Positions 48,983-62,429 of a DNA stretch of 64,000 bases are shown piece after piece (position 1 is the first letter of the stretch; the number at the start of each line of letters is the position of its first letter). The DNA lies in assembly GCF_001194135.2 (NCBI RefSeq), contig NC_068997.1, forward strand, positions 19,761,377-19,825,376. The letters are read 5' to 3'. The translations under genes were made by a program, and so were the position numbers. Below the pieces are notes generated by a model that saw only the letters and a program-made list of their open reading frames with translations, made no database searches and was not told where the DNA came from. The stretch comes from Octopus bimaculoides (taxonomy: Eukaryota).

Positions 48983-49580
48983 TTTGAAAAGAAAAAAAAA
49001 TGAAAAAGAAAATTATTAAGGTTAGAATGTTTAACTAGGGTTATATTGAAACTCAGCCATACAATATATTACATCAGTATCTTACATCAATCTCAAGAAT
49101 TATGAAACAAAAAACCTCACAATTAAAAATCATTAAAAAATTTCTTCACTCTTTAATATCTAAAATTCAGTGATGATAATTTTTTGGGGGTCTGTTAACC
49201 TAATTTTTACAATATTTATACTGTGTTTCAATTGTCATCAAGTGTCTTATTCCTGAGTGTGTTCATTGTCCGATTCAAACAAAAGATAATAGCTTTTGTT
49301 ATCTCGTAAACCACTAAACCATGTATTAATACAATTATTATTGTAACTCAATTATTTAAATTTAATTTTTCAAGTAATGGCAGCCATGTTGAGTCGATGT
49401 CTGTGTTGAACTTCACTGTTTGGGTTATCAGCAACTAACTACTATATGAACTACTTCTTTGATTTGTTGTTTTTATTTATATATACTAGTAGTCTCTCAC
49501 GCACGCACACACACACACACGAGCATTCACACACACACACATATTTATAAATACATACAAACGTATATATGTAGATAAAC

Positions 49581-49612
<32 letters not shown>

Positions 49613-49695
49613 GCATACACACACACACATATATATATACATATATACACTCATATACACACATATATTTGTATATATGGGTGTGTGTATGTATG

Positions 49696-49737
<42 letters not shown>

Positions 49738-49799
49738 AATCTATATATGTGTGTGTGTATATATATATATATGTATGCACATACACACTCACACACACA

Positions 49800-50340
49800 C
49801 ATTATGTTTTGAAGATGAAGTTAATAGCCTGAAAAAATATTATCCTTCACCCTTGTCTGACATCTGCGGTGCTGTACCAGATCTTTATCTATTAAAGTTA
49901 GTGATAAATCATTCAATACAATCACTAGAGTTTGAGGAAATCTGGTGATGGTCTGCTTTGACTAGAATCAATATAGTCAAAGAGAAACAAAAAAGCAATG
50001 CGATATGTTAGGGTACCAGGGGTGGGAGGAGAGAGGTATCCAAAAGATGCAAGCAGGTCCTTTGTCTGAGAATGGAAGATATAGATCATACCATTTATTA
50101 AAGGATGTCCCAAAACATAATCAGTGACTCACTTCATAGTGGGTCAGCGATCAGGCTTCACTTATTTATAGATCTTGTGACAAGAGCATAATCTATAGTT
50201 TGAATTGGTAAAGGCAACAGTGAGCTGGACTGGACTAAAGTATTTAGTTCCGAAGATTTGGGGTACCTCAATAGTTTGATTTCAAATCCAATGTAGGTAG
50301 GTTCATGTCTTTGCTTGGCATTTTTCTTGATCAGTTCAAT
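49800..50340 (-). mobile_element. Possible heavily decayed LINE RT fragment
   Basis: Faint DISKAFD-like (gacatc..taataaatggtatga), FSD and PQ..VI..NDL remnants on the minus strand; many stops. Confidence 0.3.
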
Positions 50341-50373
50341 GAATAGCAGGAATACAGTACGTCGTCATACGAA

Positions 50374-50785
50374 AGGAAGTGAGCTGGCAGAGCTATTAGC
50401 ATGCTGGTTGAAATGCTTTGCAGCATTTCACCTAGCGTGCTAATAGCTTAGCAGCATTTCATCTATCTTTACATCCTGAGTTCAAATTCCAGCAAGATCA
50501 ACTTTACTTTTCATCCTTTTGGGGTCCATAAAATAAGTAAAAGTCAAGCCTGGGATCGATGTAATCGATTCACTCCCTGCTCCCAAATTGCTGGCATTGT
50601 GCCAAAATTTGAAAGCAATATTTCATCATACTAAGGTGGTGATCTGGCAGAATCATTAGCACACAGGCAAAAATGCTTAGCTGCATTTAGTCGGTCTTTA
50701 CATTCTGAGTTCAAATTCAGCCAAGGTCGACTTTGCCTTTCATCCTTTTGTGGTCAATAAAATAAGTACCAGTTGAGCACTGGTG
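50374..50785 (+). mobile_element. Two tandem SINE family A copies
   Basis: 50374-50620 (with an internal gcttagcagcatttca duplication) and 50633-50785. Confidence 0.78.
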
Positions 50786-50809
50786 ATGATGATGGATGGG
50801 TATTTTTTT

Positions 50810-50962
50810 TTAGTTACCATGTATCAAATCCATTCACAAGGCTTTGTCAGTACATAGTTTATAGTAGAAGTTACTTGCTCTAAGTTTCACATAATGGGAC
50901 TGAACCCAAAACCATGTGGTTGGGAAGCAGATATCTTAACCACACTGCCATGTCCGTACCTA
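50810..50962 (-). mobile_element. SINE family B head
   Basis: tcaaatccattcacaaggc..tgggactgaacccaaaaccatgtggttgggaagc. Confidence 0.75.
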
Positions 50963-51718
50963 AGTATATATTTTTCTTTTTTTTATTATTGAGGGAGACA
51001 CAGAAGCTATATCCAGCAAATCAAATGATTACATAGAGATTCCACTGACTCAGTTCCTATTTGGTAGGTAAATAATGTCTGATGCACGGAAGTTTTCTAT
51101 GACAAAGAAAGAAGGAAAAAAAAAACAAAAACAAAAAAAACACTGACATTACCATTTTTAGATATGTTTACAGTACCATCATTGTCTCCACCTTTTGTCA
51201 TCATCTTCCATCAGATGAAGTCATACAAGACAAATACCAGATTGAAGATGATGCTGTTTTGTTTATTTTATTTACTCTTGTTTTATTTTTGCTATTTATC
51301 TTGTGTCTTCTTCCTCTTTTCTCAGTTCTTTTATTTGTTTTATATATTTACATGAATATCATTAAACAAGAATAGCGAAGGCTATTTTAATCTCATCATA
51401 AATTATACATGCTCTGTTGAACAATTAGAGCTGGTGTGATTCTTATTAGTAACCAAACTGAAATTGTTTAGTTACTATTGAGGAAAACTGCTCTTCAGTT
51501 TATGATGCACTGCATAGAAAAAGCTGCTTCCATAATAGCCATTAGACCTGAACTATGGAGATGGTATTTTAGTTGCATGATTTCCACCTTAAACAGCTGC
51601 TTGTGGGGAAATACACATACATGAACATACACACACAGACACGTTCACATTTAATACATACACACACACACACACACATATATGCATTTACACTCATACA
51701 AGTGGTTTGCATACATAC

Positions 51719-51774
<56 letters not shown>

Positions 51775-51842
51775 ATATATGTACATACATATACACACAC
51801 ACTCACAAACACACATATACATACATACATACATATATACGT

Positions 51843-51887
<45 letters not shown>

Positions 51888-51890
51888 TTA

Positions 51891-52175
51891 TATGTAGATG
51901 ATTCTGTATATGTATGTATATGTGTGTGTCTGAGTAAATACTCACACACACATATAGAGATATTGCTAGACTGCATCTATTATTCTGAGGCTACGCACAC
52001 ACACACACGCACATACACACATACATATAGGTAGATGAATCTATACATGTATGAGCATATTTATATGTGTGTGTGTCTGAGTACATACACACGTGCAGAC
52101 ATACATATAGAGACATTGTTAGACTGCATCTACTGGTCGGAGGCTATGCAGACACACTCACACATGCACACACAT
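51891..52175. repeat. Diverged ~140-bp tandem duplication
   Basis: gtagatga..tgtgtctgagta..catatagaga.attg.tagactgcatcta..gaggcta occurs twice. Confidence 0.75.
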
Positions 52176-52289
52176 ACACACACACGCACACACATACACA
52201 CACACGCACACACATACACAGATGGTTATGCTGCCTTTCAATATCTAAGGCTATGTAAACTAAAATATTTATCTGTATTCATATAAATG

Positions 52290-52370
<81 letters not shown>

Positions 52371-52839
52371 GTTTGAATGTATATGTATATATATAACCAT
52401 AAGCATGTATGTATTCATCGATGTACATATGTATGTGTGTGTATGTATATGTGTGTATCTGTCTTTGTGTGCATGTACGTGTGTCTATGTATGTGAACTC
52501 AAACACACAGGTATTGTTGAAGTTATATGTGTAAGTGTATATGTCTATGGTTTCATATATACATATGGAGGGATATCTTCTGTACCAGTATGGTTGTACA
52601 TAGTTTACTTGTATGAAACTATATTTGTCGACACACATGCATACACACGTTTTCTTTATACCTCCCACCTCTGAAGAACACATTGGACCAAGTGTCACAC
52701 TGTTATATAATATCCAGTCATCTAATACCCAATGTGAAACTGATTGGTAAGATCAACTAAGATGCATCTATGAGCTGGGGTGATGTTTCTGGGCTTGGGT
52801 AAAAGAGAACACAGGAAAGTCAGATAATTATGATTTTAT

Positions 52840-52985
52840 CCAACATATTTCCATCTCAGTTTTACACACTTTTGCAATGTTCCTTCAGTTTTTCTAAACC
52901 CTGTAAAAAAACTTGGAAGGCTGGGTTTCCAACCAGGCCTTTCGCAACACCCTTAAAGCCAAGAACTTTTGAGCACCCCATCCTG
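52840..52985 (-). mobile_element. Partial copy of the same mariner MITE
   Basis: cccttaaagccaagaacttttgagcacccc and aaccaggcct...cttcagtttttctaaaccctgtaaaa are reverse complements of 17090-17190. Confidence 0.72.
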
Positions 52986-53784
52986 TGTGTACATGTATAT
53001 GTCTATATATATATATATATATACAAGAATAAGGGCAGGGAATCGTCAATTAGTAATAGAATTAATAATTAACAATTTTGCCAAGTAGTTCAGTATGAAA
53101 AAAACCTTTATCGGTAAAATCATTTATCATCGTAAATATACAGGGATTAGCATTGAGTTGCTTCTCCAACATACTGAAAATTTAGAAATAGCAGTCAAAA
53201 AACTACTGATTCTAAACTACAAATTTTTCTCTAAATGGATGGCAATATTTATGGTGCACATAGAACAAAAAACCAGAGTGAAAAGCAAAAACAAACAGAG
53301 AAAAATTTGTAGTTTAGAATCAGTAGTTTTTTGACTGCTATTTNNNNNNNNNNNNNNNNNNNNNNNNNNNNNNNNNNNNNNNNNNNNNNNNNNNNNNNNN
53401 NNNNNNNNNNNNNNNNNNNNNNNNNNNNNNNNNNNNNNNNNNNNNNNNNNNNNNNNNNNNNNNNNNNNNNNNNNNNNNNNNNNNNNNNNNNNNNNNNNNN
53501 NNNNNNNNNNNNNNNNNNNNNNNNNNNNNNNNNNNNNNNNNNNNNNNNNNNNNNNNNNNNNNNNNNNNNNNNNNNNNNNNNNNNNNNNNNNNNNNNNNNN
53601 NNNNNNNNNNNNNNNNNNNNNNNNNNNNNNNNNNNNNNNNNNNNNNNNNNNNNNNNNNNNNNNNNNNNNNNNNNNNNNNNNNNNNNNNNNNNNNNNNNNN
53701 NNNNNNNNNNNNNNNNNNNNNNNNNNNNNNNNNNNNNNNNNNNNNNNNNNNNNNNNNNNNNNNNNNNNNNNNNNNNNNNNNNNN

Positions 53785-53833
<49 letters not shown>

Positions 53834-53844
53834 ATGTATATTTC

Positions 53845-53992
53845 TTTCAATTTCCATCTACTGAATACACTCTTGCGGCTTTCGTCACCCCAGGGCTATA
53901 GTAGAAGACGCTTGCCCAAGTTGCCATACGGTAGGACTAAACCCAAGGCCCTATGGTTGAAAAGCAAGCTTCTTAACCAGACAGCCATGAAT
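53845..53992 (-). mobile_element. SINE family B head
   Basis: ttctttcaatttccatctac..gtagaagacgcttgcccaag..aagcttcttaaccagacagcca. Confidence 0.72.
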
Positions 53993-54229
53993 GCAACAAT
54001 GTTTTGTTTTTGTTTTTCGTGAATGTGTGATGTGTACCAGGAGTGCTGACATATAGGAAGAACACTCATGGGGAAGGAGAATTGTCAGCAAGTTTTGTAT
54101 TGTCTAGTTATTGTTTGTATCAGTTTCCATGGTAACCACATAGCAATACATCAATTATATTTAAAATTCCCGAGCCAGGCAGGAGTTATCATGCTGTGAA
54201 ACGATATTCTCTCTAATTAAAGAAATTAT

Positions 54230-54272
<43 letters not shown>

Positions 54273-54493
54273 CACACATTTATATTTATGTATGTATATA
54301 ATATTTATGTATATATGTATGTATATATGTATATTATATGTATATATATATGCGTGTGAGTATATATATATATATATGTATATATATATGTGTGTACATA
54401 TATACATATATATATATATGCATTCATGTATATATATGTGTCTGTCTGTGCATCTATGTGTTTGTATGTGTGGTTATGTACATACATATACGT

Positions 54494-54532
<39 letters not shown>

Positions 54533-55077
54533 CACATGCAATCACACACAATATAACTCATGCACAGGCATACACACACACATACATTAAATTTAATCAG
54601 TACATCACTTTCTACAAGATATAACAAGCAGTTGTGTCTTCAATCAACTATTTTCATGGGAGACATTAAATATGAAGCACCACTCTCAGCATATCATAAT
54701 CTTCCAATTGATCAGCATAAATTTTGAATAATATTAACTCCTAACAGGAGAGGTCTCTACCAAGGGAGTTAAAATTTAAAATAATTACAACTGTCTTCTT
54801 TTTTTGTAATATATTCCATTATATTTTATTTTATTTTATATCATTGTACTCTGTTTCTTACTTAGGTAAGCCACATATCTGGTGATGTTAATATGAGACA
54901 ACTCTTGCACTGATCTGTGAGATGAAGAAGTGATGGTGCAAATGCAGTTTCTTCCTGAACACGTGTGGATGTATTAGCAACTGATGAAGTAAGATTATGC
55001 ATGAAATTACAAATATATATAAACACACACACATACATACTTGTACATATGTATATATATATATATATGTGTGTATG

Positions 55078-55136
<59 letters not shown>

Positions 55137-55529
55137 NNNNNNNNNNNNNNNNNNNNNNNNNNNNNNNNNNNNNNNNNNNNNNNNNNNNNNNNNNNNNNNN
55201 NNNNNNNNNNNNNNNNNNNNNNNNNNNNNNNNNNNNNNNNNNNNNNNNNNNNNNNNNNNNNNNNNNNNNNNNNNNNNNNNNNNNNNNNNNNNNNNNNNNN
55301 NNNNNNNNNNNNNNNNNNNNNNNNNNNNNNNNNNNNNNNNNNNNNNNNNNNNNNNNNNNNNNNNNNNNNNNNNNNNNNNNNNNNNNNNNNNNNNNNNNNN
55401 NNNNNNNNNNNNNNNNNNNNNNNNNNNNNNNNNNNNNNNNNNNNNNNNNNNNNNNNNNNNNNNNNNNNNNNNNNNNNNNNNNNNNNNNNNNNNNNNNNNN
55501 NNNNNNNNNNNNNNNNNNNNNNNNNNNNN

Positions 55530-55574
<45 letters not shown>

Positions 55575-55575
<1 letters not shown>

Positions 55576-55790
55576 TGTGTATGTGTCTGTATTTTTCCCC
55601 CCAACATCACTTGACAACCAATGCTGGTGTGTTTACGTCTGCGTAACTTGGCGGTTCGGGAAAAAAAGCTGATAGAAGAAGTACTAGGCTTACAAAGAAT
55701 AAGCCCTGGGGTCGATTTGCTTGGCTAAAGGCAGTGCTCCAGCATGGCTGCAATCAAATGACTGAAATGAATAAAAGAATAACAAAATAT
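55575..55790 (+). mobile_element. SINE family B tail, starting from (TA)n and a gap
   Basis: cttgacaaccaatgctggtgtgtttacgtc..gtactaggcttacaaagaataagccctggggtcgatttgc..gcagtgctccagcatggc. Confidence 0.82.
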
Positions 55791-56169
55791 ATATGCTTGT
55801 GTAAATGTATATATGTGTATATATGCTTGTGTATGTATTTATATATATGTGTGTGTGTGTATATGAAGGTATATATTTTTATACATATATGTACAGATAT
55901 ATATAAATACATGTTTATATATATATATATTTATATGCATTCAAAATACATTATTAGATACATAGATATATGTAATGCATTATTAGATACATAGATATAT
56001 ATAATGCTTGCCTCACCTTGTCAGGTGTTAGCAATTATACTCAATACTCATGTATAAGTATATACATGTGCTTATGAGAATGTCAACATAGTCTATAGTG
56101 GCACATATAATATATAGTATAAACATTCAAATATAGTACAAACATTCAAATAACGTCTCTATCTTTCTA

Positions 56170-56295
56170 AATCCTGCTGCATTTCACTTGAAAATTTTGG
56201 TCTTTGAAAATCGTCTTGCTGTATAAGTCAACCATTCATATTTGGCTGTAAATTTTGGCCTGAAAAGTTTGCTTTATATACTAGAAAATACAGTA
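56170..56295 (-). mobile_element. pogo/Tc2-like transposon terminal fragment
   Basis: Minus strand TA|ctgtattttctagtatataa...gttgacttatacagcaag: typical pogo-type terminus with an internal tataa/ttata inverse. Confidence 0.45.
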
Positions 56296-56700
56296 TTAAA
56301 TAGTAAGTTATTTACCTGTGGGTTTTTCCACCAATTCCCACTGATAAGCTACTTATCGAAATGCGAATTATCTTACTCTGAAGAACTATATCTCATCTGG
56401 TCTTAAATTTTAACTATTTTTAACTCTACTTCCCATGAGAGTGATCTCCCTTGTTTTATATTAACATAATACCAACATGATATTTGTACTGACCAATCAG
56501 AAGATTATGTTCCACCCACCACGCTGCTTCTTGTGTTCCTGGTCAAAATGATTGGCTGAAGATATAGACATGTATTATACCCTAATGAAACTGGCAGTTT
56601 CACCCAGTTTGATTTAGGCTACCAGAGCTGATACATACAGCATACACACACATACACACACACATATGTATGTATATTTCTATGTATATCTATGCCTTTG

Positions 56701-56756
<56 letters not shown>

Positions 56757-58002
56757 TAGGTAATTACGTAAGATGATGCTCATCAGAATGCCTGGTATAC
56801 ATACATACATACATACATATATACACACACACACACGTACATGCATACAGATCTAAACACATATATATACATATAGACTTAAGTATTTATATATATATAT
56901 ATATATGGATGTATGGATATATTAAGCTTCTATCCATGAATGCATACTTGTGTATGTTTGTGTGTATATATATACATATATATACACACACACACATGTA
57001 TACACATACATATATATGCGTATACATATCCATGCATGCACACACAAAATGGCAGACTGACATAAGCACATGCATACATACGTATAAGCGAACTACAGTA
57101 CTCTCCTATATAAACTTAAGTATTCATACACACTTTCTTGTGTGAGCTGTGTTAAGTTAAAACTTACTTGAGATGCCAATCTATATTTAATAGTTCTGCA
57201 TATAATAGCAAAAAACAAAAAGAAAAAGAAATCTACAGCAAAACATCCTGTATGTTGAAGCAAAAGAACTGCCGTGTCATATTTATACATTTAATCCTTG
57301 CGGATTTAAAAAACTTACTCCTCTCATACCTCTTACTGCAATGAAATCAGATTAGATTTTTAAATACAGGGCCTCAGGACAATGGGCTTGTCCCTCTGTA
57401 TGAGATAAGCCCCTCCCTGTTGCATAAAGAGAAGGAAAGAGAAAATGATACATGCATACATACATATATNNNNNNNNNNNNNNNNNNNNNNNNNNNNNNN
57501 NNNNNNNNNNNNNNNNNNNNNNNNNNNNNNNNNNNNNNNNNNNNNNNNNNNNNNNNNNNNNNNNNNNNNNNNNNNNNNNNNNNNNNNNNNNNNNNNNNNN
57601 NNNNNNNNNNNNNNNNNNNNNNNNNNNNNNNNNNNNNNNNNNNNNNNNNNNNNNNNNNNNNNNNNNNNNNNNNNNNNNNNNNNNNNNNNNNNNNNNNNNN
57701 NNNNNNNNNNNNNNNNNNNNNNNNNNNNNNNNNNNNNNNNNNNNNNNNNNNNNNNNNNNNNNNNNNNNNNNNNNNNNNNNNNNNNNNNNNNNNNNNNNNN
57801 NNNNNNNNNNNNNNNNNNNNNNNNNNNNNNNNNNNNNNNNNNNNNNNNNNNNNNNNNNNNNNNNNNNNNNNNNNNNNNNNNNNNNNNNNNNNNNNNNNNN
57901 NNNNNNNATATACGTATATATATCTATATAGACATATAAGTATATTTATTTATTTATTTATGTGTTTCAGCCAAGTGGCTGCGGTCATGCTGGTGCAGAT
58001 AA

Positions 58003-58047
<45 letters not shown>

Positions 58048-58288
58048 TAGATAGATAGATATAGATATACATATGTGTATGTATATATGTGTATGTATAT
58101 ATATATATGATACTAGTGTGTGTGTAGCTATGTGTATGTGTGGTTGTGTTTGATAGCATGAATATGTATTTACACACACACAACACATATTTAAACAGAG
58201 ATATACAGATAATGTATTCAATGCACATTTATTGATTTCCTTGCATACCTATTTACTCTCCGAAATCCTCATGGATCCTATCTTCTAG

Positions 58289-58372
58289 ACATCCACTTTT
58301 GACATAGCTGGCTTTATGAGCAAAAATGATCAAACTGTACAAACAATGATACGCAAACTTGTGAACATCTGA
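58289..58372 (+). other. Candidate terminal coding exon
   Basis: cctatcttctag|ACA.. gives TSTFDIAGFMSKNDQTVQTMIRKLVNI*; protein-like but not recognised. Confidence 0.2.
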
Positions 58373-58565
58373 TGTCACACATATGTACATACACGTATAC
58401 TCCTGTTCTGTTCTTACGTTTGCTGGTACACACAAGGCAAAATTTATATTTGTGCTTATAAGTGCTTGAACTTTTGGCTTTCATTATTGTGTGTCTTTAC
58501 CCGACTTATTGTTGCTTGATATCCCCTCTTTTGTTGTAGATCACCTGAGCACTGTATACATTAAG

Positions 58566-58653
58566 CTTCTTCTTCTTCTTCTTCTTCTTCTTCTTCTTCT
58601 TCTTCTTCTTCTTCTTCTTCTTCTTCTTCTTCTTCTTCTTCTTCTTCTTCTTC
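58566..58653. repeat. (CTT)n microsatellite
   Basis: Long pure CTT run followed by CAT/GTT variants. Confidence 0.95.
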
Positions 58654-58769
58654 TCATCCTCATCTCATCCTCATCCTCCTCATCATCATAATCATCATCA
58701 TTTCATTGTTGTCATTGTTGCTGTTGCTGCTGCTAGATTTGCTCTCTTGTTGCTGTTGTTAAAACAACA

Positions 58770-58977
58770 AAGCTGGCAGAGTCATTAGTGAATTAGACAA
58801 AATGCTTAGTGGCATTTCATCTATCTCTATATTCTGAGTTCAAATTCCACCGAGGTCAACTTTGCCTTTCATCCTTTTGGTGGGGAAATGAAATAAGTAT
58901 CAGTTGCATACTAGGTCAATATAATTGCCTAGCCCCTTCCTACGGAATTTCAGGCCTTGTGGCTGTAGAAGAAAGGA
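58770..58977 (+). mobile_element. SINE family A
   Basis: Same head, box B, core and tail. Confidence 0.78.
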
Positions 58978-59029
58978 TTATTATTATTATTATTATTGTT
59001 GTTGTTGTTGTATTAAAACTCACAGCTTA

Positions 59030-59262
59030 TATTGGTGTGTTGCCAGTACCGCTTGACTGGCCTTTGTGCCCGTGGCACGTAAAAGCACCCACTACACTCT
59101 TGGAGTGGTTGGCGTTAGGAAGGGCACCCAGCTGTAGAGACTCTGCCAAATCAGATTGGAGCCTGGTGTAGCCATCTGGTTCACCAGTCGTCAGTCAAAT
59201 CGTCCAACCCATCCTAGCATGGAAGATGGACATTAAACAATGATGATGATGATGATGATGAT
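59030..59262 (+). mobile_element. RTE-tail repeat (family D)
   Basis: ggttggcgttaggaagggcacccagctgtag..ccaacccatcctagcatggaagatggacattaaac-(GAT)n. Confidence 0.78.
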
Positions 59263-59716
59263 AACAGAGTTATTTATTCTGAGATATTCTATACAGCACT
59301 TTAGTTTTTATACTTCTTCCCTAGGAAATAACGCCCATTAAATGAAGTCCATAACCCAGTTTTTAATTCTTTTTTGAAGATAGTTGATTCCACTTTTGCT
59401 GCTAATCTCTACAGATTTACCAAATTTTCTCTCTACATTTATTTTCTTGAACCTGAGTCAAAAATCAATATATGAGATTGGGAGAAACTGTTGAATTCTC
59501 GAGAAAATTCCTTGTGGTATTTGATTGCATTTCTTTACTTTCTGAATTAAAAATCCTACTGAAGTGATTTTTGCTTCTCTTCTTCCATCCAGAGATAAAA
59601 TGAATGAATGCCAGTTAAGTCCTGGGGTTGATTAAATTAACTATATCCTCTTGTGCAAAAAGTTAGATAGCATCCTCACCACCACCACCACCACCATCAA
59701 CAACAACAACAACACA

Positions 59717-59852
59717 ATTCCGCCCATGTCAACTTTGCCTTTCATCCATCTGTGGTTAGTAAAATAAAGGCGACTAGTTAAGTACTGGGATTGATTTAAT
59801 CAGCCGTTCTCGTCATTCAAATTTCAGGCCTTGTGTCTATGAGTGGAACAAT
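59717..59852 (+). mobile_element. SINE family A, 3' half
   Basis: tcaactttgcctttcatcc...tttcaggccttgtgtct. Confidence 0.65.
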
Positions 59853-62033
59853 TTTTAAATTGTTAGATCATTACAGGGGAAAGGTGACAAGAGAAAATGC
59901 CTTATGGTATTTGTCTCAACTCATGACATTTTGAGTTCAAATCCTGCTAAGGTTAATCCTGTTTCCTGCAATACATACATCGAAAGCAAAATATTTTTTC
60001 ATGGGCCCTTAAAATTCTATTGTGGATTCCCAACTTTCTAGTTTGTTGCATGTACTCCTCCCCACAAAAAAAATCTTATATGGACCCCAGCTCAAAACCA
60101 TTGCTATAACACAGAGTAGGTAGTCAAATTGATCAAACAGCTGAAATACTCATAGTTACAACTGATGGAAGATCCATATGTTTAATCATTCTCATACAGC
60201 CTTGATCATATAATCCTTATAATTTGTCATGTAATTACTCTGTCTTTGACATGATGTGAGATTGAGTCTAAGTAGTTCTCTCAAGATAAATAGACTATAA
60301 AACCTTAGGATCCATGTATAGTCTTCCTTGTCCATTGACATCACAAGGTCTTCAGATCTGTTGTTCCTTCTTCTCTCAGTCCACCCCTTTTCTGTCTAGA
60401 GCCACTGGAAGAAAAGTAATTATTTATTTTCCATTTGACAGGAACCTATTTAGATTTGTATTTCTCTATTTCAGATTAATTTCATTGAGAGAATATCCAC
60501 TTATAATGATGATTGCTATCAAAGAATTTCTCTCCATATTATGTTTCCTCATTTTCACTTTCATAAAAAGCCAGACAGAATATTTGGTGGGTGTGTGTTC
60601 AAATCATAGATGTTTTATACTTGGAATTGGTTAAAGTTATTGGAAAGAGCTCTAAAGAAAATGTTCAAATGAATAAAGTAATAGATCTACAATCAATATT
60701 TTTTTGGTCTGTGATCTTTACCTTTGATCTGTGACCTTCATTCTTCATCCTTTGATCATCTTCAGATGTTATAAATATATTTGTTTATAAGCCATCACTT
60801 TTGTTACAAATTGAAAGATGTTTTTTTTAAATCCTCATCTACAGACTTAATATTTATTATGAAATACTTGTTTACCAGTGAATTTCTTTTTCCTTTTGTC
60901 ATTAATTTGACTTGATGTAACCAAATGGAAGAATATAGTGTAGTCTGAATGTGGACTATCAAAAATATTTTCTTTCTAACTTGAAAGAAAAATAGATTCA
61001 TGAACTTAACATTTTTTACTTATTTCTTGAATTAATGAATAGTTAATAACTTTCTAACTTTAGGAAAATAAGGTGCAACTATTTATATTAAAGTTAAAAT
61101 ATTTGGTTTAGAGATATTTCAAGAAGTGACAATTCATCTTGTACCCTAATCTGAATATGGTAATGTTCAATATGTGTCAAAGAATGGTGAATGAAGAGTG
61201 GTGAATGATGAAATGGATTCTAAAGAGATAGAAGTCACAGAATAACAGACGCTTGGTGTAATGTTTGAATATGCATCAGTTGATCTAAATAGTTTGAGAT
61301 TAACCAAAAAGGCATTCAAATATTTCATGAGAGGTTTCACTGGAACTATAATTACTGTTAGAAAACAGTGCCTTGTTCACCAAATTATTGGAAGATTCTT
61401 GGCATGTGAGATATAAAAACATAACAACTTTAAAATGAATATACTTCTGTATTGTAATGCATATATTTTACGACTTTCGCTGTGTCAGAATTTGCAATTT
61501 TTATGACTTAGGATATCTTAGTGTTTGTAAATCTAATGCTCTTGTAATCTGTAAGAATGTTTCCAATCTTAAGATCTTGGACCTGTCAGAAGTTGAAAAA
61601 ATGTAAGGATGTCGTATCTGTCAGAATTTGAAATCTTTATGATTCTTGCAAACTTTAATGTTAGATTCCTTATGTAGTTCTCATGTGAAATATACTGTTC
61701 ATGTCTTATAGCTTTCCAAAGCAACAAAGCTTTTAGCCAGATTACTTATGTCATTCAGAAACTCTGCTGTGTGATACAATCATAATATTTTATTCTATTA
61801 CATAAGCACATCATTGCTGTGTCCTTTACGGCTTTCCTCTTTAATTCATTATTTATTTACTTACTCATTTATTTTATGTTACTTTTTTTCTGAACAATAG
61901 CATTGTTTGATATAGGTTTCCAATGAACCAATCACTGGCTCATTGTAGTTCTGATGGCAATGGTAACAAGAAAGTATCACTGGTTTCCAGCTTCCTGCCA
62001 ATTTACATTACCAAAACATATATACACTTTGGA

Positions 62034-62398
62034 AGGCACAGGGCTCAGTGGTTTAGCACATCAGACTCACAATCACGAGGTAGTTAATTCGATTCCCAGA
62101 CTGGGCTGTGTGTTGCGATTGGATTCGGTAGACTGAAACTCAAAGAAGTCCATTGTGTATATGTATATATATTTATGTGTGTGTGTCTTTCTGTCTGTGT
62201 TTGTCCCTGCCAACATTGCTTGACAACTGATGTTAGTGTGGTTATGTCCCTGATACTTAGTGGTTCAGCAAAAGAGAACAATAGAATAAGTACTAGGTTT
62301 ACAAAGAATAAGTCCTGGGGTCAATTTCTTCAACTAAAGGCAGTGCTCCAGCATGGCTGCAGTGAAATGACAGAAACATGTAAAAGAGTAAAAGAGAG
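62034..62398 (+). mobile_element. SINE family C head (62034-62113) fused to a family B body and tail
   Basis: ggcacagggctcagtggtttagcac..gttaattcgattcccagac, followed by ggattcggtagactgaaact... and the family B tail. Confidence 0.7.
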
Positions 62399-62429
62399 TA
62401 TATATATTTAAATATTATTATGTAGTATA

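Noticed and set aside
56185-56266. Apparent terminal exon PKFTAKYEWLTYTARRFSKTKIFK* on the minus strand
   Set aside because: The sequence is better explained as a pogo/Tc2-like terminal repeat region.
61460-61670. LRR-like peptides (NLKILDLS, CQNLKSL) from recurring tgtcagaattt motifs
   Set aside because: The frames are interrupted by frequent stops, and the similarity comes from a short degenerate DNA repeat.
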